In this document: piece by piece, positions 37,638 through 47,239 of the stretch
Numbering within the stretch: position 1 is the stretch's first letter
Layout: the number at the start of each line of letters is the position of its first letter
IMG/VR virus record: IMGVR_UViG_3300012931_000759
Span: 248,001-312,000 of that record
DNA: 64,000 bases
Strand: one strand, 5' to 3'
Program-made: the position numbers and the translations under genes
The notes under the pieces: generated by a model
What the model saw: the letters and a program-made list of their open reading frames with translations, nothing else
What the model was told of the DNA's origin: nothing
The model's database searches: none

Positions 37638-38293
37638 GTAAAGAGAAAGATTATCTCTGGTGGACTCTGCCTGAAGTTGCCGTCGAGCACGATAACATGA
37701 ACCGGGCCTATTTCGAGAAGGGGGAAGCGGGCAAGTATCCGTATTTCGATATCCTACAGCAGGCAATGCGACTTGTTGACCAGCAGGATGCGAGAACGCA
37801 TCCGCTGGCGTGCCTGGATGTCGGATGCGGCGCCGGGTGGCAGGCCGTATACCTGGCCAGCCTTGGCCTGGATGGTAGGTTTTTCTATGAGGGGATGGAC
37901 ATCTCGCAGCACATGTGCGAACGGGCGAAGCGGAACTATCCAGCTGGGACCTTCCACACGGCCGACATCATGGAGTTCGAGCCAAAACGCCAATGGGATG
38001 TTGTGATGGCCTGCGGCTCCATCGAGCACTTCTCGGACTGGAGGGCGTTCCTCGGACGCCTGGCCGGACTGTCGTCCGAATGGATCATCGTCCACAAGGT
38101 GTTTTTCCAGGACGGGGCCGACAAACCCACGGAGAGGATCACCTGCCCGACATATGCCGGCAGGACGCAGACCAGGATGGTGATAGACTACAGCGAGTTT
38201 GCGTGCGCCCTTGATGCGCTTGGCTACGCGGTTGCGCACCGGTTCGACTGGGACATGAGGGCCGTGAGCTGCGTGGTAGCGAGGAGGAAGTAA
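37634..38293 (+). CDS. Class I SAM-dependent methyltransferase
   Basis: LDVGCGAGW motif I, EGMDIS, DVVMACGSIEHF; ATGA overlap with the upstream gene. Confidence 0.9.
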   Translation: MSKEKDYLWWTLPEVAVEHDNMNRAYFEKGEAGKYPYFDILQQAMRLVDQQDARTHPLACLDVGCGAGWQAVYLASLGLDGRFFYEGMDISQHMCERAKRNYPAGTFHTADIMEFEPKRQWDVVMACGSIEHFSDWRAFLGRLAGLSSEWIIVHKVFFQDGADKPTERITCPTYAGRTQTRMVIDYSEFACALDALGYAVAHRFDWDMRAVSCVVARRK

Positions 38294-38298
38294 CCATC

Positions 38299-38721
38299 AT
38301 GGGCAGAAGTAGTCCCAAAAACAGGAGAGAATACAACAGGAAATACTGCCTTGAACACGGCGATGTGATCAGAGCGCAGAAAAAAGAGCATTATCTGCTC
38401 AACAAAGACAAAATCAAACAAAGCAGAAAAACCGTGCAAGGTCGATACAGCAGTTACAAAGAGAACGCCAAACGGCGCAAAGTGAAGATGGAGCTTACGT
38501 TTGAGCAGTTCGACTGTTTGACCAGCCAGCCCTGTGTGTACTGTGGTGGATGGTCGGAACTTGAACCCGCGCCATACACAGGCCTGGATCGTATCGCGAA
38601 TGATCAAGGATACACCGTGGATAACTGTGTTCCATGTTGCGAGACCCATAATATGATGCGCAAACGGCTGCCCATCATGGCATTCCTGGATGCTGTCGTT
38701 GCCGTATCTGACCGAATGTAG
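38299..38721 (+). CDS. HNH endonuclease (PCxYCG..GLDR..GY..DNCVPCC type)
   Basis: QPCVYCGG..TGLDRIANDQGYTVDNCVPCCETHNMMRK; basic N-terminus; lower GC. Confidence 0.8.
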   Translation: MGRSSPKNRREYNRKYCLEHGDVIRAQKKEHYLLNKDKIKQSRKTVQGRYSSYKENAKRRKVKMELTFEQFDCLTSQPCVYCGGWSELEPAPYTGLDRIANDQGYTVDNCVPCCETHNMMRKRLPIMAFLDAVVAVSDRM

Positions 38722-38732
38722 GAGTAGAGCCA

Positions 38733-39620
38733 ATGCCCAAAGTGGATTTTGCGATGATTGTTTTCAACAGTGATTATGTTCTGCGCGAAAACCTTGAGAC
38801 CATTTATCCATGGGCTAACAGGATCATCATCACCGAGGGTCCGGTCATCCACTACCAGCGGATGGGCTTCACGGGCTCCACGGACGGCACCATCGCGACC
38901 ATCCAGTCGTTCCCGGATCCCGAGAAGAAGATCGTCCTCATCCGAGGCCAATGGCCGGAGAAGGACGAGATGGTTAGCGCGCAGGATGCGCACTACACGG
39001 GGGACTTCGTCTGGCACGTGGACTGCGACGAGATCTACTGCCCCGAGGACATCGCCAAGGTCTTCGCGTATTTGGATTCGCATCCCGAGTGCTACTCGAT
39101 GGGATTCCGACTGCGCTCGTTTTTCGGCGGTTTCGACCGTTACATCAGCGGCTTTGAGGAAAGGTGGGATACCGTCAGGATCCAGCGCATCGTCCCGGGC
39201 GTGTCGCGGTGGAAGAACCACCGCCCGCCCACGATGGTCTGGCCGCCAACCGGCAGAACCTGTAAGGAGATGGGCCACGTCGACTTCATGGCCACGGATT
39301 CGTGGGGTATCCGAATCTACCACTACTGCTCGGTGTTCCCGAAGCAGGTCAAGGCGAAGTCGGACTACTACCGCGCCTGGGGTGGCGACGGCATCATCGA
39401 CCTCTGGGGCCTCTATGTGAATTGGATGCGCGCGCCGGATGACGCTGGTAGGATTGCCGCCGAGCAGCCAACCAAAGGGGTACAGGAGTGGATTCCGTCC
39501 CGCCGAGGTCCGGCGTTCACCGCGCCGTTCGTCGGCAAACATCCGGAAGCGATCCGGAAGGCCATGGACGCACTGAAGATGCGCATCCGCAGGGAAGGGG
39601 AAGAACTCGGCATCTGGTAA
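38733..39620 (+). CDS. GT2-like glycosyltransferase
   Basis: FAMIVFNSDY, GSTDGT, FVWHVDCDEIY (DxD). Confidence 0.8.
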   Translation: MPKVDFAMIVFNSDYVLRENLETIYPWANRIIITEGPVIHYQRMGFTGSTDGTIATIQSFPDPEKKIVLIRGQWPEKDEMVSAQDAHYTGDFVWHVDCDEIYCPEDIAKVFAYLDSHPECYSMGFRLRSFFGGFDRYISGFEERWDTVRIQRIVPGVSRWKNHRPPTMVWPPTGRTCKEMGHVDFMATDSWGIRIYHYCSVFPKQVKAKSDYYRAWGGDGIIDLWGLYVNWMRAPDDAGRIAAEQPTKGVQEWIPSRRGPAFTAPFVGKHPEAIRKAMDALKMRIRREGEELGIW

Positions 39621-39630
39621 AGAGGAAAAA

Positions 39631-39883
39631 ATGGACTACAATGACCTGAGAAGCAAGGTGATCTCCAAAGTGGGCAAGGGGAACGCGCAAGACATTCTAG
39701 AGCAACTACAGCAGTTCGAGCAGCGTGGGCTGCTGGCAAATGGCGTTGACCAGTGTATCGACTCGGTCAAGTTGGCGCCCCCCGTGGCCGGAGGACGCCG
39801 ACAAACTCGATCTCTGGGGCAAGGCCGCCTTGGCAGCCGAGATCCGAAAGAATCTTAATCGCGTGCTGGGGGTAACGGGATGA
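39631..39883 (+). pseudogene. Small hypothetical gene interrupted by a +1 frameshift at a C6 run
   Basis: SD GAGG. Removing one C at 39778-39783 gives an 83-aa ORF with GC3-rich codons whose TGA overlaps the next ATG (ATGA at 39880). Confidence 0.55.
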
Positions 39884-40821
39884 TCAGAGTCTTCTCCGAC
39901 AAGCGGTTCCTGCCGCCGGGCTTCTGTTGCCATATTCTTCTGCCCTTCTGGGACCAACAGAAGGAGGTAGGCGATCCCGACGCCGACAGGTTCGACCAGT
40001 ACATCTTGAAGGGCCAAGAGATTTTCCGGATGGAGTCACTGTTCGGGGCGGATCTTGCCGTCTACCCGGCTCCGCCCACGCGGGACCCGAGGGCCTTCCG
40101 GGAGTTCCAGGAGATGACATTCCCGAAACCGCTGGCCGTGTTTTTCAACGACGACTCCGACGAGATCCTGGAGTACCGCGAGGGGACGACAGTGTTCCGC
40201 ACCTCGTTCTACCGCTCGACGCGGCGGCCTACGGAGTTCGCAGTGCCCGGCTGGAGCATGGACCATGGAAAATTCATCGAGCGCCCTTGGGCGCCGATCC
40301 CGACCGTCGGCTTCTGCGGCCAAGTGTACCCGCTCGATGTCCGTAAGGTGGCCCTTGATGTCCTGGAGGGTGACCAGAGGATTGCGAAGCGTTTCATTAG
40401 GCGCGGCCAATTCTGGGGTGGCTGGATAGCCAGTGGGCGGCGCAGCGAGGTCGGGAAGCAAGTGAGGAACGAATTCCGGGTAAACATGATGGACAGCGAC
40501 TACATCCTGTGCGCAAGGGGTGGAGGCAACTTCTCCTACAGGATTTACGAGACCATGATGAGCGGGCGGATTCCCCTTCTGGTGGACACGGATTGCGTCC
40601 TGCCGTACGAGGCCGAGGTGGAGTGGCGCAAGCTATTCCCGACCGTGGACAAGGCGGACATCCCGCAGATCGGGGACGCGCTGCTTGATTACCACAACGG
40701 CATTGGCCCAAGGCATTTCGAGGAGCGCCAGCGGGAAATGCGACGGCTCTGGGAGGAGTGGATTTCCCCGGTGGGGTTCTTCTCCAACTTCCACAAGCAC
40801 TTCAAAGGAGTATTGGTATGA
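39880..40821 (+). CDS. Exostosin (GT47)-like glycosyltransferase
   Basis: SDYILCARGGGNFSYRIYETMMSGRIPLLVDTDCVLPYE matches the exostosin C-terminal signature. Confidence 0.8.
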   Translation: MIRVFSDKRFLPPGFCCHILLPFWDQQKEVGDPDADRFDQYILKGQEIFRMESLFGADLAVYPAPPTRDPRAFREFQEMTFPKPLAVFFNDDSDEILEYREGTTVFRTSFYRSTRRPTEFAVPGWSMDHGKFIERPWAPIPTVGFCGQVYPLDVRKVALDVLEGDQRIAKRFIRRGQFWGGWIASGRRSEVGKQVRNEFRVNMMDSDYILCARGGGNFSYRIYETMMSGRIPLLVDTDCVLPYEAEVEWRKLFPTVDKADIPQIGDALLDYHNGIGPRHFEERQREMRRLWEEWISPVGFFSNFHKHFKGVLV

Positions 40822-41486
40822 CTGGCTTCCATGGCAACAAGGTCCTCCAGTGCCTGGTGGACACGGTGATCGTACAGGGCGGCGTCACATCTTTCGTCGA
40901 GACGGGCACGCACTACGCCGCCACGGCGCTACATATGGCTAAACGGCACCCTTCGCTGCCGATCTTCACCTGCGAGATCGACGAAAACTACCACGCCGCC
41001 AGCCTGGCGACGCTACGGCCGCACGTGAACGCGCACCTTTCGAAAGAATCGTCGGAGAAGTTCATCGCGCGCCTGATCTCCGAGAAGGCGCTCGGGGACC
41101 TGCCGATGTTTTTCCTGGACGCGCACTGGTACGACTACTGGCCGCTGCCGGACGAGGTGGCCGCCATCGCGGCGCTGCCTCGCTTTGTCCTCCTGGTGGA
41201 CGACTTCGCGGTGCCGGGGCAGTCGCACTTCGAGACATCCGCCGGCGGCGGCGGAACCATCGGCGAACACAGGACAAAACCGGACACCCGTCCCTGCGGG
41301 ATGCCGCTGATCGAGTCGCTGCTTCCGCCGGATTGCGAGGTCGCCTATCCCGCATACGGGAAGCTAGAAGCCTACGGGACATCGAACACGCCGCACCTTG
41401 TGGGATACGTCGTAGTCGCAAGGGGGGTTTCCGGAATCGAAGCCGCCAAGGGCGACAAACTGCACACCTGGGGAGGCATCAGATGA
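40818..41486 (+). CDS. Putative SAM-dependent methyltransferase
   Basis: Start at 40818 (ATGA overlap); FVETGT, FTCEID, FFLDAH, LLVDDF. Confidence 0.7.
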   Translation: MTGFHGNKVLQCLVDTVIVQGGVTSFVETGTHYAATALHMAKRHPSLPIFTCEIDENYHAASLATLRPHVNAHLSKESSEKFIARLISEKALGDLPMFFLDAHWYDYWPLPDEVAAIAALPRFVLLVDDFAVPGQSHFETSAGGGGTIGEHRTKPDTRPCGMPLIESLLPPDCEVAYPAYGKLEAYGTSNTPHLVGYVVVARGVSGIEAAKGDKLHTWGGIR

Positions 41487-42220
41487 TGATCCCGGAGCAC
41501 CTGCCGACCGACGAGGGCGATGAACGCCGCACAGCCGTGGTCGTGGCCAGCTGCTCGCGTTTCGCCCAAGTCTGGATGCCATTTTTCGCGCTGTTCAAGC
41601 GGTACTGGCCGGACTGCCCGTACCGCGTCCTCTTCGTGTCGGACGAAGAGAAGGCGGCGATGCCGGTGATAGAGGGTGTCGAGAACATCTCCTTTCCGAA
41701 GGACTGCGGATGGTGTACCAACATGATCCTCGCGCTTTCGCGGATACAGGACGTGGACCGGATCATCCTGTTCCAGGAGGATTTCCTGGTGAACGCGCGA
41801 GTCGACACGCACGCTGTGCGCCAATTCGTAAGGTATGCGCACGACAGGGATGTGGGGTGCCTGCGCCTGTGCCCATGCCCAGGACCGAACAGTAGATGGG
41901 AGGTCCCATGGCTCGGTGAACTTGGCCGCGATGTCGAATACCGCGTCTCGCTCCAGCTCGCCATCTGGAAACGCCAGGTCTTCATCGGCCTAATGAGGCT
42001 TGGCGAGATCCCATGGGCCATCGAGGCGAACGGGGCCGCGAGGTCGGCCGCCGTGGCGGAACCGTTCTTGAGCGTGTGGCGCGAGTCGGACGACATGCCG
42101 GGCGGTCCGGTGCGGTACTTTATCACGGCCGTCACACGCGGCATGTGGGAACGCGGGGCGTTAGACCTCCTGGAGCGCGAGGGCATTCCCATGGACGGAA
42201 TAACGAGGGTGATTCCATGA
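41483..42220 (+). CDS. Putative GT-A glycosyltransferase
   Basis: Start at 41483; VVVASCSRF..WMPFFALFKRYWPDCPY, ILFQEDF; a family type seen in polysaccharide clusters. Confidence 0.6.
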   Translation: MMIPEHLPTDEGDERRTAVVVASCSRFAQVWMPFFALFKRYWPDCPYRVLFVSDEEKAAMPVIEGVENISFPKDCGWCTNMILALSRIQDVDRIILFQEDFLVNARVDTHAVRQFVRYAHDRDVGCLRLCPCPGPNSRWEVPWLGELGRDVEYRVSLQLAIWKRQVFIGLMRLGEIPWAIEANGAARSAAVAEPFLSVWRESDDMPGGPVRYFITAVTRGMWERGALDLLEREGIPMDGITRVIP

Positions 42221-42624
42221 TCGACATCGAAAAGATGGCCTGGAGCCTTCCGGGGATCTCGGACGAGCGCGGCAACCTGCGCTGGATCGAGGGTGGGGCC
42301 ACAATCCCGTTCGAAATCAGGAGGGTTTTCTACATGGCCGACGTGCCCTACATGGCAATGCGCGGTGGTCATGCCCACATAGCCGCCCACCAGTTCATTG
42401 TGTCGCTAGTCGGCGGATTCGATGTTGTATTGGACGACGGGAGCAGCCAAAAACAGACGAGGCTTAATCATCTTGGGGTTGGACTCTATGTCCCACCGAT
42501 GACCTGGTGCGAGATCACTCGTTTCGACCATGGCAGTATCTGCCTTGTGCTGACATCCGAGCACTATAACGAAGCGGATTACATCAGAGATCGCACCATG
42601 TTCCTGGAAAAGGTGAAGCAATGA
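42217..42624 (+). CDS. fdtA: FdtA/QdtA-family dTDP-4-keto-6-deoxyglucose 3,4-ketoisomerase (cupin)
   Basis: DERGNL..IPFEIRRVFY..RGGHAH..GLYVPPMTW..LVLTSEHYNEADYIRD. Confidence 0.9.
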   Translation: MIDIEKMAWSLPGISDERGNLRWIEGGATIPFEIRRVFYMADVPYMAMRGGHAHIAAHQFIVSLVGGFDVVLDDGSSQKQTRLNHLGVGLYVPPMTWCEITRFDHGSICLVLTSEHYNEADYIRDRTMFLEKVKQ

Positions 42625-43709
42625 ACGTTCCGTTCCTGAACCTGGACCGCGAGGCCCAGATGCTCATCGGCCTCGGCCTAATGGCCGACATCGAGGAGGT
42701 CATCCGGTCCGGGCGGTTCCTGTTCGGTCCGAAAGCCGCCGAACTCGAGATCCGGCTGTCCGAGATGTTCGGGCGGGAGGTAGTGCTGGTGGGCAGTGGC
42801 ACGGACGCCTTGGCCCTTTCCCTGAAGGCTGTCGGCGTGGGTCCGGGCGATCTGGTGGCCGTGCCGGCTATCTCCGCCATCCCCACGGCTGTCGCCATTC
42901 ATATGGTCGGGGCCGAGCCGCTCTACATCGACGTGGATGGCGGATTCACCATGGATCCGCGCAAGCTGGAGAAGATGGCGAACCACCCGCGCCTGAAAGC
43001 CGTCGTTCCGGTCCACCTGTACGGGAATCCCGCCGACATCGGCAGGATCCGTGTAATCTGCTGTGCCAACCGCCTGATCCTGGTCGAAGATTGCGCCCAG
43101 AGCCTTGGGGCCTACAGCCATGATCTGCCCTTGGGGACGCTGGGTTCGGCCGGAGCGTTGAGTTTCTACCCGACCAAGAACCTCGGCTGCATGGGTGACG
43201 GCGGCGCGGTGGTCGCGTGCGACGCCAACATGGCCAAGGCGATCCGGGAGCTGCGCTTCTACGGCCAGGAGACGAGCCACAAAATGGGGCGCTTCATCGG
43301 CATGAACAGCCGCATGGATGAGATCCAGTGCGCCATCCTGCTGAGGAAGCTCCAGCTTCTGCTGGCCCAGTTCGGCCGCAGGCGGGAGATGAAGGTAATG
43401 TACGACGCCGCCATGGCTGAGACCCGGTTCTGGACACCGGCATGGCGCGAGGGGGCGATGCCCCACCTGTACCCGATCATGGCCGAGGATCGCGCGAAAA
43501 CGATCGCGGCCTTGGCCGAGAGGGGCGTCGGGACGGCGATCCACTACCCGTTCCACCTGATGGAGGCCGTGGAGGGGGCGCCCGGCGCGGGCGAGCTTTC
43601 GCAGGCCAAGATGTACGTGGGCAAGGTGATCTCGCTGCCATTCAACCCATGGATGACGGACGACGAGATAAAGCATGTCCTACAGTCGGTCAAGGAGGTG
43701 GGGGAGTGA
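42621..43709 (+). CDS. DegT/DnrJ/EryC1/StrS PLP sugar aminotransferase (FdtB/QdtB-like)
   Basis: GSGTDAL, PVHLYGNPAD, EDCAQSLG, SFYPTKNLGCMGDGG (catalytic Lys), NSRMDEIQ. Confidence 0.92.
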   Translation: MNVPFLNLDREAQMLIGLGLMADIEEVIRSGRFLFGPKAAELEIRLSEMFGREVVLVGSGTDALALSLKAVGVGPGDLVAVPAISAIPTAVAIHMVGAEPLYIDVDGGFTMDPRKLEKMANHPRLKAVVPVHLYGNPADIGRIRVICCANRLILVEDCAQSLGAYSHDLPLGTLGSAGALSFYPTKNLGCMGDGGAVVACDANMAKAIRELRFYGQETSHKMGRFIGMNSRMDEIQCAILLRKLQLLLAQFGRRREMKVMYDAAMAETRFWTPAWREGAMPHLYPIMAEDRAKTIAALAERGVGTAIHYPFHLMEAVEGAPGAGELSQAKMYVGKVISLPFNPWMTDDEIKHVLQSVKEVGE

Positions 43710-44422
43710 TGTACTATGTGTACGAACTTGTGGATCCCAGAAACGGCAAAGTGTTCTATGTAGGGAAAGGAAGCAAGAGTAGAGCAACTGATCACCAGCG
43801 CTATGTGGTAACGGAGAACAAGGAATACAAAGAACAAAACCCAAAAAGATTCAATAAGATAGCAAGCATACTCCGCTGTGGCCTTTCCGTTGAAGTAAGA
43901 ATAGTACAGCGCTTTGATAACGAGGATGAAGCATATACCTTTGAAGAACAAAGGGTAGAGCACTACGGTCTAGCGAACCTTTGTAATCTTATGAAAGGTG
44001 GAAAAGCCGGTCCGGTCCTATTTGGCGAGAAAAATCCGATGTTTGGAAAGCAAAGACCGGATTACAGCAACATCCTAAAACAACGAAACTCGGAGAACAA
44101 TCCAGCCAAACGACCGGAAGTGCGCGAGAAAATGAGAAATAGTTGGAACGCTGATAGACGAAAAAGATTCGGACACGAAGTCAGTGAAAGGATGCGGGGG
44201 CAAAGTAACCCTGCTCATCAGTCTGGCGTGAGACAGAAGATGAGTGAGCGCATGCGTACGCATCATCCCAGTGCCAAAATCACGGCTGATCAGGTACGGG
44301 AAATTCGGCGCAAGCATCTGGAGGAAAATATCTCGCAGCAGGATTTGGCCGTTGAATATGGCCTAAGTAAATCGGCTGTTTGTAACATCATCAATCGCAA
44401 ACGATGGGGACATGTCCAATGA
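43709..44422 (+). CDS. GIY-YIG (LEM-3-like) free-standing homing endonuclease
   Basis: YYVYELVDPRNGKVFYVGKG; NLCNL..GG; NUMOD-like NPMFGK/NPAKRPEVREKM; C-terminal HTH; AT-rich. Confidence 0.85.
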   Translation: MYYVYELVDPRNGKVFYVGKGSKSRATDHQRYVVTENKEYKEQNPKRFNKIASILRCGLSVEVRIVQRFDNEDEAYTFEEQRVEHYGLANLCNLMKGGKAGPVLFGEKNPMFGKQRPDYSNILKQRNSENNPAKRPEVREKMRNSWNADRRKRFGHEVSERMRGQSNPAHQSGVRQKMSERMRTHHPSAKITADQVREIRRKHLEENISQQDLAVEYGLSKSAVCNIINRKRWGHVQ

Positions 44423-45357
44423 GACTCCTAGTGACTGGAAATTGTGGTTTCATCGGACAGAGTTTTGTCCGGATGTACAAGGACAAACACGAAATCGTGG
44501 GCATCGATGCGAAACTCTATGCCCACGATTGGCGGGCAGCTTTGCTTTGTCCAACTATGTTTGGGGATATAGCGGATCCTACCCATCTTGATGATCTTTT
44601 TAAGTATTATGGCCATTTTGACGCCATTGTGAATTTTGGTGCTGAGAGCCATGTGGACAACAGCATCAAGTCACCAGAACCATTCATACATAGCAACTTC
44701 ATGGGTGTGTTTCGCTTGCTTGAGTTTTCCAGGAAATACCGAGTTGGAAGGCTGGTACAGATATCTACGGACGAGGTGTACGGGGATCTGATGCCAGGCG
44801 ATCCGCCGTTCTCCAACCTCCATGAACTGAAACCTAGTTCTCCGTATTCGGCCTCCAAGGCGGCTGCCGACATGCTGGTTTTGTCGTATGGCAGGACTTA
44901 CGGAATGGATGTAGTTATAACCCGTTCATCAAATTGTTTTGGTCCATACCAATACAAAGAAAAGTTTCTCCCAGTTGTGATTCTGAACGCCCTAAGGAAC
45001 CACACAATACCAGTGTATGGAACTGGTACAAACCAACGAGAGTGGACCTATACGGATGACAACTGCCGCGGGATCATGGCCGCGCTGGAGCGCGGCAAGC
45101 CGATGGGCATCTACAACCTCGGCAGCGGGACGGAAGCCAGAAACATCGATATGGTTGGCAAGATCCTGGACATGATGGGTAAACCGCAGTCGCTTATCAA
45201 ATTCATCGAGGATAGGAAAGGTCATGACTTCAGGTACTTCCTCGACTCATCATTGGCGGCAGCTGAACTTGGATGGCAAGCCTCGACACCGCTGGACTAC
45301 GGTCTACAGCAAACGATCGACTGGTTCGCCGCGAATCCGACATATTGGGATGCCTAA
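44419..45357 (+). CDS. rmlB: dTDP-glucose 4,6-dehydratase
   Basis: GNCGFIG, AESHVDNSI, QISTDEVYG, SPYSASKA, DRKGHDFRY. Confidence 0.95.
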   Translation: MRLLVTGNCGFIGQSFVRMYKDKHEIVGIDAKLYAHDWRAALLCPTMFGDIADPTHLDDLFKYYGHFDAIVNFGAESHVDNSIKSPEPFIHSNFMGVFRLLEFSRKYRVGRLVQISTDEVYGDLMPGDPPFSNLHELKPSSPYSASKAAADMLVLSYGRTYGMDVVITRSSNCFGPYQYKEKFLPVVILNALRNHTIPVYGTGTNQREWTYTDDNCRGIMAALERGKPMGIYNLGSGTEARNIDMVGKILDMMGKPQSLIKFIEDRKGHDFRYFLDSSLAAAELGWQASTPLDYGLQQTIDWFAANPTYWDA

Positions 45358-46481
45358 TGGAAAATACAGGCGCAAGATACTATGTGTACGAGCTTACCGA
45401 TCCAAGGGATGGATCCATATTCTATGTCGGTAAAGGCAGCGGCAGGAGGATTCACATACATGCGCTCTCCGTGAAAAGACAGGACAGTAGGTACAAAAGG
45501 CATAATCCAAAGCTATTCAATAAGATATCGTCGATACTCTCCGATGGGGAAACTGTTGTAGAGATGATTGTTAGACGCTTTCATGACGAGGATGAAGCCT
45601 ATGTCTTCGAGACTAGAAGGATATTAGATATTGGTCTCAACAATCTCTGTAATATCCTTCCTGGAGGCAAAGGTGGTCCTTCTGGAGATGACAATCCCTC
45701 AAAAAGACCAGAATTTAGGGAATTTATGCGTTCACTATGGAAGAACGAAGCATATAGATGCCAAATTACCGAGGCTTTGAGCAGGTTTTGGAATGATCCG
45801 GACAATAAAAAAATGATGTCCGAAAGGCTCAAAGCGATATGGACAGAGGAAATGAGATTGGCGTGGAGTGCGGCAATGTCAGCTATGTGGGATCGTCTCC
45901 CGGAGAGAAGAGCTGAATTAGCCATCCGAATGAGAGAAAACAATCCCTCACAGACCGATGAGGTCCGGCGCAAATTAAGCATAGCATGGACGGACGACAG
46001 GCGTGAAAAGTTCAGGGCAAAGATATCCGGTCTACACCATCGCTCAAAGACGCCGGAGACCAGGGCAAAAATAAAAGCTTCCTGGACAGAGCAGAAGAGG
46101 CGCAACTTGTCGGAGAGGATCAGGGCAACATGGACAGAGGAGAGGCGGGCTGCGCTCGGTAACAGGTTTCGCGGAACAACTGGTCCTAAAAGGAAAATCT
46201 CTGTCAATGATTCCTTAAGAATAAAGGATATGTATGCCTCTGGTATAAGCAGGAAAATCCTAGCATCCACATTTGACGTTAGCGTAACCACAATACATAA
46301 AGTCATACATGGCAATTTCACAGACAAACCCTCGCGGATTTCAATAGATGCGTCAAATATCGGCGCCATACAAGAGATGAGAGAAAATGGAGCCTCGTAT
46401 AGGGAAATAGCCTTGGAATTCGGCACAAGTGTAGGAGCGGTAAGAAATTTCCTCAAACGTCATTTTGGAGGCATAATATGA
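45357..46481 (+). CDS. GIY-YIG (LEM-3-like) free-standing homing endonuclease with W-T-x-E helical repeats
   Basis: YYVYELTDPRDGSIFYVGKG; repeated WT(E/D)xxR units; two C-terminal HTH-like segments; AT-rich. Confidence 0.85.
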   Translation: MENTGARYYVYELTDPRDGSIFYVGKGSGRRIHIHALSVKRQDSRYKRHNPKLFNKISSILSDGETVVEMIVRRFHDEDEAYVFETRRILDIGLNNLCNILPGGKGGPSGDDNPSKRPEFREFMRSLWKNEAYRCQITEALSRFWNDPDNKKMMSERLKAIWTEEMRLAWSAAMSAMWDRLPERRAELAIRMRENNPSQTDEVRRKLSIAWTDDRREKFRAKISGLHHRSKTPETRAKIKASWTEQKRRNLSERIRATWTEERRAALGNRFRGTTGPKRKISVNDSLRIKDMYASGISRKILASTFDVSVTTIHKVIHGNFTDKPSRISIDASNIGAIQEMRENGASYREIALEFGTSVGAVRNFLKRHFGGII

Positions 46482-47239
46482 AGGGAATAGTTCTTGCTGG
46501 GGGCACAGGTTTGCGTTTGGGACCCTTGTCAAAGGTGACAAATAAGCACCTCCTTCCTGTCGGACCGGTTCCAATGCTATTTCATCCAATCAGCCAATTC
46601 CTCGAAAATGGTATCGAGGAAATCTGTGTAGTTTCAGGACTGTTTCACCTAGGATCTGTTGTGGAACTTCTTGGAAGTGGCAGCCGATACAGATGCCAAT
46701 TCACATACAAGGTCCAGGACGAGGCTGGAGGCATTGCTGAAGCCTTGCTACTTTGCCAAGATTTTGCGGGCGACAGCGATATTGCGGTTATTCTCGGTGA
46801 CAATATTTTCGGGGAATTGTTGGATTTCAATAGATCAGTTAAAGGAGGCGTCCTATACCTGAAAGAGGTTCCTGATCCTCACAGATTCGGCGTAGCGGAA
46901 GTCGACCACCTAAAGCGCCTGGTTGATATAGAGGAAAAGCCAGAGAATCCCAAAAGCAATCTTGCTATTACTGGAGCTTACCTATATTCGCCAGCTGTCT
47001 GGGAATTAGCTGGGCAAATTAGTAGGTCGGCGCGGGGCGAACTTGAAATTACGGATATCAATAAGGCATTGATTTGTAAAGGTATTGTCGACACATTTGA
47101 AATGGGAGGATGGTGGTCGGATGCTGGAACGCAAGAGTCGTTTCGCAAGGCCAACCAGGAGGTGTGGGACAACCTATGCCCACGGCTCATGGACAGGATT
47201 TTGGGCATGTCGAAGGCATGTCGGGAGGAAAAGCGATGA
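46478..47239 (+). CDS. rmlA: Glucose-1-phosphate thymidylyltransferase (short RmlA/SpsI type)
   Basis: MKGIVLAGGTGLRL, NKHLLPVG, ILGDNIF, SARGELEITD. Confidence 0.92.
   Translation: MKGIVLAGGTGLRLGPLSKVTNKHLLPVGPVPMLFHPISQFLENGIEEICVVSGLFHLGSVVELLGSGSRYRCQFTYKVQDEAGGIAEALLLCQDFAGDSDIAVILGDNIFGELLDFNRSVKGGVLYLKEVPDPHRFGVAEVDHLKRLVDIEEKPENPKSNLAITGAYLYSPAVWELAGQISRSARGELEITDINKALICKGIVDTFEMGGWWSDAGTQESFRKANQEVWDNLCPRLMDRILGMSKACREEKR

Noticed and set aside
44419-47239. dTDP-L-rhamnose pathway
   Set aside because: rmlC and rmlD are absent from the window; the FdtA/DegT pair points to a 3-amino sugar instead.
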